A stretch of DNA of 64,000 nucleotides from an uncultured Actinomycetota bacterium (lineage in GTDB: Bacteria; Actinomycetota; Actinomycetes; Propionibacteriales; Nocardioidaceae): NCBI GenBank assembly GCA_963825275.1, contig CAWGSW010000005.1:34171-98170 (forward strand). Reading direction: 5' to 3'. Shown here piece after piece: positions 45,215-56,312 of this stretch. The notes beneath the pieces are model-generated. The model was not told the DNA's origin, searched no databases, and was given only the letters and a program-made list of their open reading frames with translations. Position numbers and translations under genes: made by a program. The stretch's first letter is position 1; every line of letters starts with the position of its first letter.

Positions 45215-45973
45215 ATGAGCGTGCGCACCGAACGTGAGGGCCCCGTCACCACCGTCGTCATCGATCGGCCCCAGGCACGCAACGCCGTCGACGGGCCGAC
45301 GGCGCGTGCGCTCGCGGAGGCCTTCCGGGCCTTCGAGGACGACGACTCCGCCGCCGTGGCCGTTCTGTACGGCGCGGGCGGGACGTTCTGCGCGGGGGCC
45401 GACCTCAAGGCCGTCGGCACCGGGAGCGGCAACCAGGTGACCGAGGAGGGCGACGGGCCGATGGGGCCCACGCGGATGCGGCTCTCCAAGCCGGTCATCG
45501 CCGCGGTCGAGGGGTACGCCGTCGCCGGTGGTCTCGAGCTGGCGCTCTGGTGCGACCTCCGGGTGGCAGCGGACGACGCGACCTTCGGCGTCTTCTGCCG
45601 GCGGTGGGGCGTGCCCCTGATCGACGGCGGAACGGTCCGGCTGCCCCGGCTGATCGGCACGAGCCGCGCGATGGACCTCGTCCTCACCGGGCGCCCGGTC
45701 GACGCGGTCGAGGCGGAACGGATCGGGCTGGTGAACCGGGTGGTGCCCAGCGGCACGGCCCGCACGGAGGCCGAGGCGCTGGCCCGGGTGCTGGCGGGGT
45801 TCCCGCAGGAGTGCCTGCGCCAGGACCGGTTCTCGCTGCTCGAGCAGGACGGCCTGGGTGAGCGTGAGGCGCTGCACGGGGAGTACGAGCACGGGCTCCG
45901 CTCGCTGGCGGCCGGTGCGCTCGAAGGGGCGGCGCGCTTCGCCGAGGGCTCCGGGCGGCACGGCGAGTTCTGA
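45215..45973 (+). CDS. Enoyl-CoA hydratase/isomerase (crotonase) family protein
   Basis: ARNAVDG, FCAGADLK, GYAVAGGLELALWCDLRVA, WGVPLIDGGT. Confidence 0.92.
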   Translation: MSVRTEREGPVTTVVIDRPQARNAVDGPTARALAEAFRAFEDDDSAAVAVLYGAGGTFCAGADLKAVGTGSGNQVTEEGDGPMGPTRMRLSKPVIAAVEGYAVAGGLELALWCDLRVAADDATFGVFCRRWGVPLIDGGTVRLPRLIGTSRAMDLVLTGRPVDAVEAERIGLVNRVVPSGTARTEAEALARVLAGFPQECLRQDRFSLLEQDGLGEREALHGEYEHGLRSLAAGALEGAARFAEGSGRHGEF

Positions 45974-45991
45974 GCCCGGGAACGCGTTCGC

Positions 45992-47383
45992 TCAGTCGAC
46001 GCGCACCCGTTCGCCGAAGCGGGGCACGACGCTGTTCCAGCCCAGCTTGGTCTGCAGGTCGCCCGCGAGGGCCTGGGCGGCGGCCGGCTCCCCGTGGACC
46101 ACGAAGGCGCAGTCGGGCGGCGGTGACGTGGCCAGCCAGTCCAGGAGCTGCGCCGCGTCGGCGTGCGCGGAGAACCCGCCGACGTCGACGACCTCGGCAC
46201 GCACCGGCACGTAGCGCCCGTGGATCTTGAGCTGGTGGGCGCCTTCGGCGAGCGCACGTCCCCGGGTCCCGGGCACCTGGAAGCCGGTGAGGATCACGCT
46301 GTTGCGGGCATGGGGGAGCTGGTGCTCGAGGTGGTGCAGGACGCGACCGCCCGTGGCCATCCCCGAGGCCGAGATGACGATGCACGGGTGGCGCGGGTCG
46401 TTGAGCAGCTCCGAGTCCGCCGGCCCCGGCACCAGGTGCAGGTGCCCGGGGTCGAACGGGTCGCCGGCAGCGACGACCTCGGGACGGAAGTCGGTGCCGG
46501 GATCGTCCAGCGCGGAGCGGTAGACGTCGAGCGCACGCAGGGCCATCGGGCTGTCGACGTAGACGGGGACCCGGGGGACCTGGCCGGCCTCGGTGAGCAG
46601 CCGGAGCTGGTACAGCAGCATCGCCGTCCGGTCCACGGCGAAGGCGGGCAGCAGGGCCACGCCTCCCCGCGCGAGGGTCCGGCGCAGCGCGGCAGCCAGC
46701 TGCTCGGCGCCGTGCGGCTCGTGCAGCCGGTCGCCGTACGTCGACTCCACGACGAAGACGTCGGCGCGGCCGGCCGGTTCGGGCGGGAGCAGCAGGGGGT
46801 GATCGGTCCGGCCGAGGTCGCCGCTGAACACCAGGCGGGTCCCGCCGTACTCCAGGGCAGCGAAGGACGACCCCAGGATGTGCCCGGCCCGGTGGAGGGT
46901 GAGGGTGAGGCCGCCGCCCAGCTCCACGGGGACGTGCAGCCCGACCGGCCGCAGCAGCGTGAGGGCGCGCTCCGCGTCGTCGGTGTCGTAGAGCGGCCGG
47001 TTGTCGGGGTGTCGGGAGGTGCGCGCCTGGCGGGCGTCGTGCGCCTCCTGCTCCTGCAGGTGCGCGGCGTCACGCAGCACGATGGCCATGAGCTGGGCGG
47101 TGACCGGGGTGCTGATGATGCGACCCGTGAAGCCCTGCGCGCTCAGGGCCGGCAGGTAGCCGGAGTGGTCCAGGTGGGCGTGGGTCACGACCACCGCCTC
47201 GATGGTGGTCGGGTCGACCGGGAACTCGTCCCAGTTGCGGCGCCGCCACTCCCGGTCACCCTGGAAGAGCCCGCAGTCGACGAGCATCCGGTGGGTTCCC
47301 GTCTCGAGCAGGAACTTGCTCCCGGTGACGGTGCCGGCGGCCCCGAGGAACGTCAGGGACAGGGGCAGGTTCGGCTCGGTCAT
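45992..47383 (-). CDS. MBL-fold metallo-hydrolase with beta-CASP domain (RNA-processing type)
   Basis: FLGAAGTVTGS, DCGLFQG, THAHLDHSG, AGHILGS, FSGDLG, ESTYGDR, GFSAHAD. Confidence 0.9.
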   Translation of the reverse strand: MTEPNLPLSLTFLGAAGTVTGSKFLLETGTHRMLVDCGLFQGDREWRRRNWDEFPVDPTTIEAVVVTHAHLDHSGYLPALSAQGFTGRIISTPVTAQLMAIVLRDAAHLQEQEAHDARQARTSRHPDNRPLYDTDDAERALTLLRPVGLHVPVELGGGLTLTLHRAGHILGSSFAALEYGGTRLVFSGDLGRTDHPLLLPPEPAGRADVFVVESTYGDRLHEPHGAEQLAAALRRTLARGGVALLPAFAVDRTAMLLYQLRLLTEAGQVPRVPVYVDSPMALRALDVYRSALDDPGTDFRPEVVAAGDPFDPGHLHLVPGPADSELLNDPRHPCIVISASGMATGGRVLHHLEHQLPHARNSVILTGFQVPGTRGRALAEGAHQLKIHGRYVPVRAEVVDVGGFSAHADAAQLLDWLATSPPPDCAFVVHGEPAAAQALAGDLQTKLGWNSVVPRFGERVRVD

Positions 47384-47477
47384 GACGGACACCTCCGTGG
47401 GAGGCCCCCAGCCTGCTCACCCCGGAGTGGCTGCGAACAGGGCCGTTGGACTCCCGTCGCGGTCCGTGCGGTCGGGG

Positions 47478-47849
47478 TCAGTCCTGGCGTGAGGGCGGCG
47501 CGTCGTCCAGGCAGACGGCGACCAGCGCGCCGGGACCATTCCCGGTGTAGACGGCCCAGCCCTCCTCGAAGGTCACGACGCGCAGCCGACCCTGCTCGGT
47601 GCGGATCAGGGCCGTCAGGGGTTCGGCGTTCGCGCCGAACCCGGTGGTCGAGCAGTGGTGCCGGCGCATGACCCGGTGGACCGCCTTCGAGGTGGACGCG
47701 TCGACCGAGACCGCGTCCGGGGTGGCCCGGCCGGTGGGGAGGGCGGCATCGGGGACCAGGCCGATGCTCAGCGAGAGCAGGTACCCCAGGACGATCGCCT
47801 TGAGGGTGGTGAGGGCGGCGGACGCCGACCGTGACAGGTTCCTGTGCAT
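47478..47849 (-). CDS. Small hypothetical exported/membrane protein
   Basis: RBS GAGGAG; N-terminal hydrophobic helix; HHCSTTG...VTFEEGWAVY...VAVCLD. Confidence 0.55.
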   Translation of the reverse strand: MHRNLSRSASAALTTLKAIVLGYLLSLSIGLVPDAALPTGRATPDAVSVDASTSKAVHRVMRRHHCSTTGFGANAEPLTALIRTEQGRLRVVTFEEGWAVYTGNGPGALVAVCLDDAPPSRQD

Positions 47850-47972
47850 CCCGACTCCTCGGCACCAGGTCTGGTCGCCCGGATCGAGCGATGTCGTTGC
47901 CCGAACCAACGACTGCTGCCCCGAAGGGTCACGAGCGGCGCTGCGAGGCCCAGCCGGGCTGGACGGCCGAGC

Positions 47973-49547
47973 TCAGGTCGCTGGGGTGCACCCCAGCGGC
48001 GGGGCCGGCAGGGGGCGCAGGTGGTCGGCATGGAGGAAGACGGGTACGCCGCAGACGGTCGCGGCGAGCACGTAGTGGCGGTCCAACCCGCGCTGGACCC
48101 GCCCGTGCGGGTCGAGGTCCCAGGAGTTCAGGGCGGAGACCCGGATCACCCAGGTGGGGGCCCGGTGCCCGTTCAGCTGCCGCACCAGGCGGTCGAGCCG
48201 CGGGTCGAGCGTGCGCATGGGCAGGCTCCACAGGTAGGGGTAGCGCGGCGTCAGATCGGCCGCCTCGAGGATGTCGGCGTGGCCGTAGGTCACGGTGCCG
48301 GTGTCGCCCGGCAGGCTCGCGTCGCGCAGCCACCCGGCGAGCTGGCTGCGCTGGCCCAGCGCGGGTGGCTCGTACGCCGCGGCCCGCACGGTCGAGACGA
48401 CCAGGGCAGAGCCGACCACGAACACGAGACCCACCGCCACGGCGCGCGGCCGGAGCTCGGCGGAGCCGGCCGCGGCACCCACCAGGAGCACGATCCCCGG
48501 CACCAGTCCGAGCAGGTAGTGCGGCCAGTAGCTCCCGCCGAGCGCGACCGCCACGATCTCGTAGCCGAGCATGGCGACGATGGCGACCGTGACCGGATCG
48601 GCGCGACGCAGGCGTTCCCGGAGGGCCCACAGGCCGGGCAGGGCGACGACGGCGATCCCGCTCACGACCGCCAGGACGACGAGCATGCCGAGGCGGTGCT
48701 GCGTGCGGGTGGAGGGCTGGTCGACGATCACCGCGGACGCGTCGATCCGGAACTGGTAGAGCGTGTACCAGAGCGTGTGCAGCCCCGGTCCCCGCGTGGC
48801 TGCCCACAGCGCCGTCGCGGCCAGCGGGACGGCCGCGCCGACCACGCCGAGGACGAGCACCCGGAGCGCGCGGCGCCACGGCCACTGCCGGGACAGGCCC
48901 GCCGTCGTGGCCAGCACCGCCCCGAACACGAGCCCGTCGGCCAGGCTCTGCTTCATCAGCAGGGCGCCGGCCGCACTGGTGCCGGCGAGGAGGACGAGCA
49001 GGTCGTCCCGGCGGCGGTGCTGTCGACCGCGCCCGGCCGAGGTCGCGACCGTGACCAGGGCCAGGCAGGCCAGCAGCGTGAGCGGGGCGCCGAGCAGCTC
49101 GGCGTTGACCTCCAGGACGCCCAGGGTCGGGTTCGCGACCAGCGCGGCCGCCACGGCGACCGACCACGTCGTACCCCGCCGGCCCCCGAGCAGGTGCCCG
49201 CAGCGCCCAGCCACGACCACGACCATGGCGACCGCCACCAGCGTCAGCAGTCGCGCGGCCAGGAGGCCGCCGAGCTCGAGCGCCAGCTTCCAGAACAGCA
49301 GGAGCAGGGGTGGGCGGTCGACGAACAGGTGGCCGTAGAGCCAGGGGCCGTTGCCGTGCCACTGCTCCGCGACGATGAGCAGCCCACCCTCGTCGGGATA
49401 GGGGGCGTGCCCGAGGAAGGGGAGTCGCAGCAGCACAGCCGTGGCGGTCGCCAGCGCCGTGACGCCGACCCCGGGACCGACTCGCGAGCGCACCGCCGCG
49501 GGCAGCCGTCCGAGGCCCCTGCCAGCGCGGATCCCCCTCCCAGCCAC
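47973..49547 (-). CDS. GT-C membrane glycosyltransferase (ArnT/PMT-like, GT39/83)
   Basis: YPDEGG in the first loop, DRPPL, about 12 TM helices, MKQS, WPHY. Confidence 0.75.
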   Translation of the reverse strand: MAGRGIRAGRGLGRLPAAVRSRVGPGVGVTALATATAVLLRLPFLGHAPYPDEGGLLIVAEQWHGNGPWLYGHLFVDRPPLLLLFWKLALELGGLLAARLLTLVAVAMVVVVAGRCGHLLGGRRGTTWSVAVAAALVANPTLGVLEVNAELLGAPLTLLACLALVTVATSAGRGRQHRRRDDLLVLLAGTSAAGALLMKQSLADGLVFGAVLATTAGLSRQWPWRRALRVLVLGVVGAAVPLAATALWAATRGPGLHTLWYTLYQFRIDASAVIVDQPSTRTQHRLGMLVVLAVVSGIAVVALPGLWALRERLRRADPVTVAIVAMLGYEIVAVALGGSYWPHYLLGLVPGIVLLVGAAAGSAELRPRAVAVGLVFVVGSALVVSTVRAAAYEPPALGQRSQLAGWLRDASLPGDTGTVTYGHADILEAADLTPRYPYLWSLPMRTLDPRLDRLVRQLNGHRAPTWVIRVSALNSWDLDPHGRVQRGLDRHYVLAATVCGVPVFLHADHLRPLPAPPLGCTPAT

Positions 49548-49640
49548 GAGACGACGCTAGGTCGGCGGTGTGAAGGGCACGTGAAGCCCGAGCGGTGAAC
49601 GGCCGCCGGCAGGCGCACGGCCGCGGCCTATGCTCGCGCC

Positions 49641-50510
<870 letters not shown>

Positions 50511-50514
50511 CCCG

Positions 50515-51955
50515 ATGAGCAGCGAGTGGCCGGCACGACGCGGCGGGGCCACGCAGTGGCCTGGTCGACCGTCACATCGCCTTCCTGGAGGCGCTGCGGG
50601 GCGCCGGGCTGCCGGTGTCGCTGGCCGAGGACCTCGACGCGATCGAGGCCCTGACCGCGCTGGACTGGGGCCACCGCACCACGATCCGCGACGGGTACGC
50701 CGCCACCCTGGTCAAGCGGCAGTCGCAGCGCCCGACCTTCGACACGCTGTTCGACCTCTACTTCCCACGCCTGGTCGGCGAGGGGGTCGGCGAGGGGTTC
50801 GGCGAGGGTTCGGGGGCCGAGGGCGAGGCAGGCGCGCCCGCGGAGGAGGCCGGCGTACGCGACAACGCCCAGGCCCTCGCCGCGTTCCGTGCGGCGCTCC
50901 TCGACGCGCTGGCGGCGGGCGACGAGCAGGCCCTCGCCGGCCTGGCGGTGGAGGCCGTCGCCCGGTTCGGCGCGATGCCCGGGCGTGGTCCGGGGCTGTC
51001 GTCGTGGTCGGCCTACACCGCGCTCCAGCGGGTCTCGCCGGCCGACCTGATCGAGCAGATCGTCCGGGCGCTGCTCGCCGAGGGCCGGGTCGAGGGCGAG
51101 GCGCAGCGGGCCGCCGGGCGCCGCGTCGGCGGCTTCACCCGGCAGGTCGAGGACGACGCCCGGCGCCGGATCGCGGAGGAGAAGGGGCCCGACCACGTCG
51201 CCAACGTGGCGGTGCGCCCGAGCATCGACCGGCTCGACTTCACCTCCGCCCGTCGGGCCGACCTCGAGGAGATGCGCCGCGAGATCTATCCGCTGGCCCG
51301 GCGCCTGGCCACCCGGCTGACCCAGGAGCACCACGCGCGCCGCCGCGGCCCGCTCGACTTCCGGCGTACCGTGCGCGCCTCGATCTCCACCGGCGGCGTC
51401 CCGCTCGTCACCCACCACAAGCCGAAGCGGCCGCACCGCACCGAGCTCGTCGTGCTCTGCGACGTCAGCGGCTCGGTGGCGAACTTCGCCCAGTTCACGC
51501 TGCTGCTGGTCTTCGCGCTGCGTGACCAGTTCCAGAAGGTGCGGGCGTTCACCTTCATCGACCATGTCCACGAGGTCACCCAGCACTTCAAGCCCGGCGC
51601 GGACGTCGCGGACGTGATGGCCGACCTGGCCGCGAGCACCGCGCACGCCGCGCTGTGGGGACGCACGAACTACGGGCGCGCGTTCACGAAGTTCCAGGAG
51701 CAGCACCCCGACGCGATCGGGCCGAAGTCGTCGCTGCTGATCCTGGGCGACGCCCGCTCGAACTACAGCGACCTCTCGGTGGGGGTGCTGCGGGACCTGG
51801 CCGGCGCCGCGCGGCACGCCTGGTGGCTCAACCCCGAGCACACCCGGCACTGGGACACGGGCGACTCGGCCGCTCGCGCGTACGGCGAGGTGGTCCCGAT
51901 GGTGGAGTGCCGCAACCTCACCCAGCTGGGCGAGTTCGTGCACGACATCCTCTGA
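50515..51955 (+). CDS. vWA domain protein (CoxE-like; frameshift near the start)
   Basis: LD.RRTVRAS..TGG, LCDVSGS (MIDAS), GRTNYG, ILGDARSN, WLNPE, ECRNL. Confidence 0.85.
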
Positions 51956-52080
51956 CGGGTGTGTCCCCATCGGTCGCTGCCTTCGGCGCCCGATGCCCAC
52001 CGGATCTGCCGCTCCGGGGGGATCGGCGAAGGTGACTCTGGAGCGCACCAGCACACTGACCGGTCATCGAGTTCGATCAC

Positions 52081-52115
52081 GCGGCAGGCGGCAGGCGGCA
52101 TGCGGCAGGCGGTGG
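52081..52115 (+). repeat. 7-bp tandem repeat (GCGGCAG) x4-5
   Basis: GCGGCAG GCGGCAG GCGGCAT GCGGCAG GCGGTGG, intergenic between convergent genes. Confidence 0.75.
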
Positions 52116-52219
52116 GAGCCGAATCTGTCCAGTAGCGGGAGAGCCTGCGCGGTCGTGTGCGATGAACTCGTGGCGGCGGCCGTCGGGGCCGCCTCGATGG
52201 CCGCGGTCCGAGCGCCCCG

Positions 52220-53323
52220 TCATGAGACGGATCCCGCTCCGGCCATGCGGAACCGCCGCGACAGGAGGGCCGTGCACACGCCACCGATGAGGATCGGCCC
52301 GAGGTAGGTGAACATCCGGAAGACGAACACGGCCGCGACGATGGCGTCGGCGTCGCGTCCACCCGCAGCCCAGTTCAAGGCGCCGATGTAGAGCGCCTCG
52401 GCGATGCCGACATTGCCCGGTGTGATCTCTACGAGCGTCGCGAGGCGGACCACCGTGTAGACCGCGAAGACCTCGATGGGAGTGAGGACCTGGGCTTCGA
52501 CGCCCAGCCCGCGGAGCGAGGCGAGGAGGATCAGGTAGGTGGCGACCTCGCGGAGCACGAAGAGGCCGACCAGGCCCAGCGCGTGTTCTCGGAAGATTTC
52601 GACGACGTCGCGGCGCCACTCCACGACCGTCTCCCCGAACTCCTCGCCCGGGGGCCTGCGGGCCATCCCCCGGAGCCAGTTGAGGAATCGACCCAGGCGC
52701 GCCCCGAAGCGCCTGGCGAACTGCTCGTTGCGCATGATGAGGACGGCGAGGACGAGCAGCACGAGCGAGACGCCAAGGCCGACCAGGGCGAGCGTCCAGA
52801 CCGCTCCCGGCACGTCCGCCTGCGTCGAGAGGAGGACGAGCCCGATCGAGGGCAGGACGAGTGGCAGCACGTTGCTGACCGAGCTGTTGACGACGTAGGA
52901 CGTGGCGAAGTCCTCCGTGCTGATGCCGAGCTTGCGGTAGGTCACGTAGCGCGCTGCCGTGCCGGAAGGTCCCGGCACGGTGTTCGAGACCACGGCGGCC
53001 GACTCCTGCGCGAGGAAGGCGTCCGGGAAGCGAAGGGGTTCAATGATCAGGGCGAACGCGCCGGCCTTGCACCCCTCCACCACCAGGGTCAGCGCGGTCA
53101 GGAAGAGCACTGCGACCGGATCGAGCGACGTGAGTGCGTCCCAGACGTCCTCGTAGGAGGCGAAGCTCGGGATCAGCACGCCAAAGATGAGATAAAGCAG
53201 CAGCAGGGTGAGGGTGATCCGGATGATGCTCTGCCCGGGTGAGGTCTTCTCCGGCTCCAGGATCGGAGGCATGCGACGGTCCGCGTCGCTCCCGGGCGAC
53301 GTCGGCGGATCCGATTCGCTCAC
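52220..53323 (-). CDS. Lysylphosphatidylglycerol synthase TM-domain (YbhN/UPF0104, flippase-like) protein
   Basis: VSNTVPG, ITPGNVGIAE, VFVFRMFTY; multi-TM. Confidence 0.75.
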   Translation of the reverse strand: MSESDPPTSPGSDADRRMPPILEPEKTSPGQSIIRITLTLLLLYLIFGVLIPSFASYEDVWDALTSLDPVAVLFLTALTLVVEGCKAGAFALIIEPLRFPDAFLAQESAAVVSNTVPGPSGTAARYVTYRKLGISTEDFATSYVVNSSVSNVLPLVLPSIGLVLLSTQADVPGAVWTLALVGLGVSLVLLVLAVLIMRNEQFARRFGARLGRFLNWLRGMARRPPGEEFGETVVEWRRDVVEIFREHALGLVGLFVLREVATYLILLASLRGLGVEAQVLTPIEVFAVYTVVRLATLVEITPGNVGIAEALYIGALNWAAGGRDADAIVAAVFVFRMFTYLGPILIGGVCTALLSRRFRMAGAGSVS

Positions 53324-53441
53324 ATTATGAGGCTAGCTCCGTGAGGCCGCTCCTGGTCATCGGTGAGGTCACGCGGGTGCGACATGGCCGACACGGTGAC
53401 CACGGCCGACTTCAGGACAGGTGGACACAACCAGCAAGACC

Positions 53442-54734
53442 TCAGCCGGTGAGGTAACCGAGTCCCCGGATCCGCGCAATCGCGGCGCGGAGCTCCGGGT
53501 GCTCTGCCCGGTCGGCGGCCCGTCCGCCCGCGAGGTGGGCGGCCTCGCCGCGGGCGTCGCCCCCGTCGAAGACCACCGTCAGCCGGTTGGCCGCGCCGGC
53601 GTTGACGAGGGATCCGAGCAGCGCCACCGGGTCTGACCGGTCCTCCAGCGACAGCACGTGGGTGCCCTCGGGGATGCGCGGCACCTGGGCCGACGGCGCA
53701 CCGGCGGTCACGACCTGCTCGACGACGAACGCCTCGGAGGAGACCGTGGCGGCGATCTCGGCCGCGGTCACCCCACCCCGGGCGGACCCGACCAGCATCA
53801 CCCGGGCGCCGGGGTCGCCCTCGACGGCGGACTCGAGGGCGCGCACGACCTGGGCGGCGTACGTCGTGTGGTCGCCGCCCACGAGCCGCAGCCGGCGACC
53901 CGTGCCGCCGTCGGGCCCGGGCAGGAAGGCGATGTAGCGACCGGGTGCGACCTTCTGGACGGTGACCTTGCGCACGGCACCGGCCAGGGCCGCCATCAGC
54001 TCCTCCAGGTTCCGGGGGGTGGCGCCACCGGGCCGGTCGACCGGAGTGGCGGGCGGCGGGGTGTCCGCCTCGACGAGCCCGCCGGCGATGTCGCGTAGCG
54101 CCGAGCCGGGTTCGGCCTCGAAGGGGTCGATGCCGACAGCGCGCAGGCCCCCTCGGGCTGCGAGCCGCCCGGACTCGCCCGCGAGCACGCTCGCGGTGAG
54201 CAGCGACCGCATCTGCAGGCCGTCGATCAGGCCGCCGCCGCCGCTGGTGACGTGGTCCAGCAGCTGCGGGTTGTTCTCGGCGAGCTCGTTGAGGTAGCTC
54301 GCCACCTCGTCGCGGTCGAGCGCGTCGGTCTCGATCAGGCCGGCCGAGACGATCGCCCCGCCGAGGGCCACCTCGGGCGCGAGGTAGCCGATGGCGCGGC
54401 CCGCGATCGAGCCGAGGGTCTTGTAGGCGGCGTCCTGCAGCTCGTCGATCCACTGGTAGGTCAGCACGGTCGCCCGCACCACCAGGGCGTCGGCGTCGAG
54501 CTCGAGGGAGCGGGTGAGCAGGCCCTGCTTGCCGGTCGTGGCCGCACGGATGTCGCTCTCGGCCTCGGCGAACGTCGGACGGGACAGCTCGGCCGACTCC
54601 GAGACCGCCGGGTCGTCGAGGATCTCGGGACCGAGCCGCGCACGGCTGCGGACCTCCTCGCCGGAGGAGTCGAAGAGGTCGGCCAGTCGGAGCATCCGCT
54701 CGTACTTGTCGGCCAGGTCGGCAGCCTGCGTCAT
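53442..54734 (-). CDS. Helical N-domain + degenerate alpha/beta-hydrolase (cassette B, gene 3)
   Basis: Aligns by eye over its full length with 57605-59101, but the nucleophile elbow is GSARGG. YQWID at aa 93-97. ATGA overlap with the upstream gene. Confidence 0.75.
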   Translation of the reverse strand: MTQAADLADKYERMLRLADLFDSSGEEVRSRARLGPEILDDPAVSESAELSRPTFAEAESDIRAATTGKQGLLTRSLELDADALVVRATVLTYQWIDELQDAAYKTLGSIAGRAIGYLAPEVALGGAIVSAGLIETDALDRDEVASYLNELAENNPQLLDHVTSGGGGLIDGLQMRSLLTASVLAGESGRLAARGGLRAVGIDPFEAEPGSALRDIAGGLVEADTPPPATPVDRPGGATPRNLEELMAALAGAVRKVTVQKVAPGRYIAFLPGPDGGTGRRLRLVGGDHTTYAAQVVRALESAVEGDPGARVMLVGSARGGVTAAEIAATVSSEAFVVEQVVTAGAPSAQVPRIPEGTHVLSLEDRSDPVALLGSLVNAGAANRLTVVFDGGDARGEAAHLAGGRAADRAEHPELRAAIARIRGLGYLTG

Positions 54735-55657
54735 GCGATCACCTCGGCGAGCACGGGCGCCAGCTCGGGCGCGAGGTCGGCCGGTTCGAGCCGTCGTACC
54801 TCCACCCGGTGGACGCCGTCGACCTGGTGCGGGCGCAGCGTGTGCCAGCCGTCGGCCAGCAGTACCCACGACACGACGCCGACGACGCTGGTCTCGTCGC
54901 CGGACACGTCGGCGACCAGCGCCCGGATCCGTCCCCGGCACTCGGTGGCGAGGGCCGAGAGGACCCCGGTGACGTCGGCGTCGGTCATCGCTCCGCCCCG
55001 GCCGTCGGTGACGTCACCGCTGTGCTGGGCGACGAGCACGGCCACGAGGTCGGACCGTCCGGTGCGCAGCGCCTCGCCGGCGGCATCGGCCAGCTCGTAG
55101 GGCAGGTCGACGACGGGAGGCAGGCTCGAGTCGTGCAGGGTGAGGTCCTCGGGGACCACGGCCACCCGGGCCAGCTCGATGGGCCACTGGCTGGTCGCGA
55201 ACCACGCGAGCTCGAACACCACCCCGTCCACGGTCGCCAGCGTGGCCACGGCGCTGCGGTCCTGCCGGTGCCAGGCCTTGGCGTGGACGCCGCCGACGCT
55301 GACGTCGAGGTCGAGCGCCACGGTGGGGGTCGCCAGCAGGCCGACCGCGCCCACGAGGCCCTCGTCGACGGCGCCGTCGGAGAGCAGGCCGCGGCGGGCC
55401 AGCGAGGTGGCCGGGTCGGCCAAGGCCTCGAGGGCCGCGGCGTACGCCGTGTCCTCGGCCGAGCCGGGGCTCTGGCCGAGCCGGCCGTCGAGGCTGGTGC
55501 TGCCCGCCGCGGTGACGGCCTCGAACGGCAGCGGGGCGCCGCCCGCCCGCTCGGCCACGAGGCGCAGCTCGGGAAGGGTCAGCGCGACCCGGCGTGGCAG
55601 CGCCTCGAGCAGGCCGGGCGGCGGGGGCGGAGCAGTGCTCAGGTCGATCGTGGCCAT
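54731..55657 (-). CDS. EspG-like protein (cassette B, gene 2)
   Basis: LTLPEL..VAE.AG..PLP, LARRGLL..G.VD..L..AV.LLATP..ALDL, and a C-terminal VSWVL..DGW..L.P pattern reminiscent of EspG-family chaperones. Confidence 0.55.
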   Translation of the reverse strand: MATIDLSTAPPPPPGLLEALPRRVALTLPELRLVAERAGGAPLPFEAVTAAGSTSLDGRLGQSPGSAEDTAYAAALEALADPATSLARRGLLSDGAVDEGLVGAVGLLATPTVALDLDVSVGGVHAKAWHRQDRSAVATLATVDGVVFELAWFATSQWPIELARVAVVPEDLTLHDSSLPPVVDLPYELADAAGEALRTGRSDLVAVLVAQHSGDVTDGRGGAMTDADVTGVLSALATECRGRIRALVADVSGDETSVVGVVSWVLLADGWHTLRPHQVDGVHRVEVRRLEPADLAPELAPVLAEVIA

Positions 55658-55658
55658 G

Positions 55659-56102
55659 TCAGAGTCCCGGAAGGTCGACGGTCAGCCAGTCCTGGTGACC
55701 GGGCGGTGGGGGCGTGAACCCGGCGAGCCTCTGGTCGCCGGGCTCGGCAGTGCGGCGTACGCCGGCGGGGTCGTCGTGGGACTCGACGCGCACGACGCGG
55801 GTGCGAGCGTCCGCGACCAGTGCTGCAGCCCGGCGCTCCGCCCCGGCGATGGCGTCGTTGAGCCGGTCCACCTCGTGCAGGTGCTGCTCGAGGGAGTCGG
55901 CCGCGGCGTCGTGCTGGGCGGCCGCCTCGCGCAGGTGGGCCGCTCGGTCGCGGATGCGCTCGCGCATCGAGTCGGCAGCCCGACCGCTCCAGACGATCCC
56001 CTCGGTCCGTGCCACCAGCTGGTCGGCCAGCGCCCGGATGTCCAGGCCCTGCTCGCGCAGCTGGGCGGCTCGTTTCCGCATCACGTCGGTGTCGCCGTAC
56101 AT
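55659..56102 (-). CDS. WXG100/PPE-like helical protein (cassette B, gene 1)
   Basis: 147 aa, Ala-rich helices with W38-S-G turn (WSGRAADSM), C-terminal FTPPPPGHQDWLTVDLPGL. Confidence 0.7.
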   Translation of the reverse strand: MYGDTDVMRKRAAQLREQGLDIRALADQLVARTEGIVWSGRAADSMRERIRDRAAHLREAAAQHDAAADSLEQHLHEVDRLNDAIAGAERRAAALVADARTRVVRVESHDDPAGVRRTAEPGDQRLAGFTPPPPGHQDWLTVDLPGL

Positions 56103-56312
56103 GCCTCACGTCCTTCGGGTGATACCCGCCGCGTGCCCGATATCGGCGGGGGCGAAACCCCGGTGGACGCAATGTGGGGACGCAATCTCCCCACAGTCCC
56201 GGCATGTGGAACGGGTGGCGCTCCTCACGTCGCGTAACCCGCCGCCCCCGGGGCTCGTTTCCCGGGGAGACCGGGCGGTGTCGCGCTGCGCCGGCCTCGA
56301 AAGGTGGAGTCC

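Noticed and set aside
45977-45990. AACGCGTT palindrome as a second KstR box
   Set aside because: It lacks the flanking T/A of TnnAACnnGTTnnA and lies between convergent gene ends.
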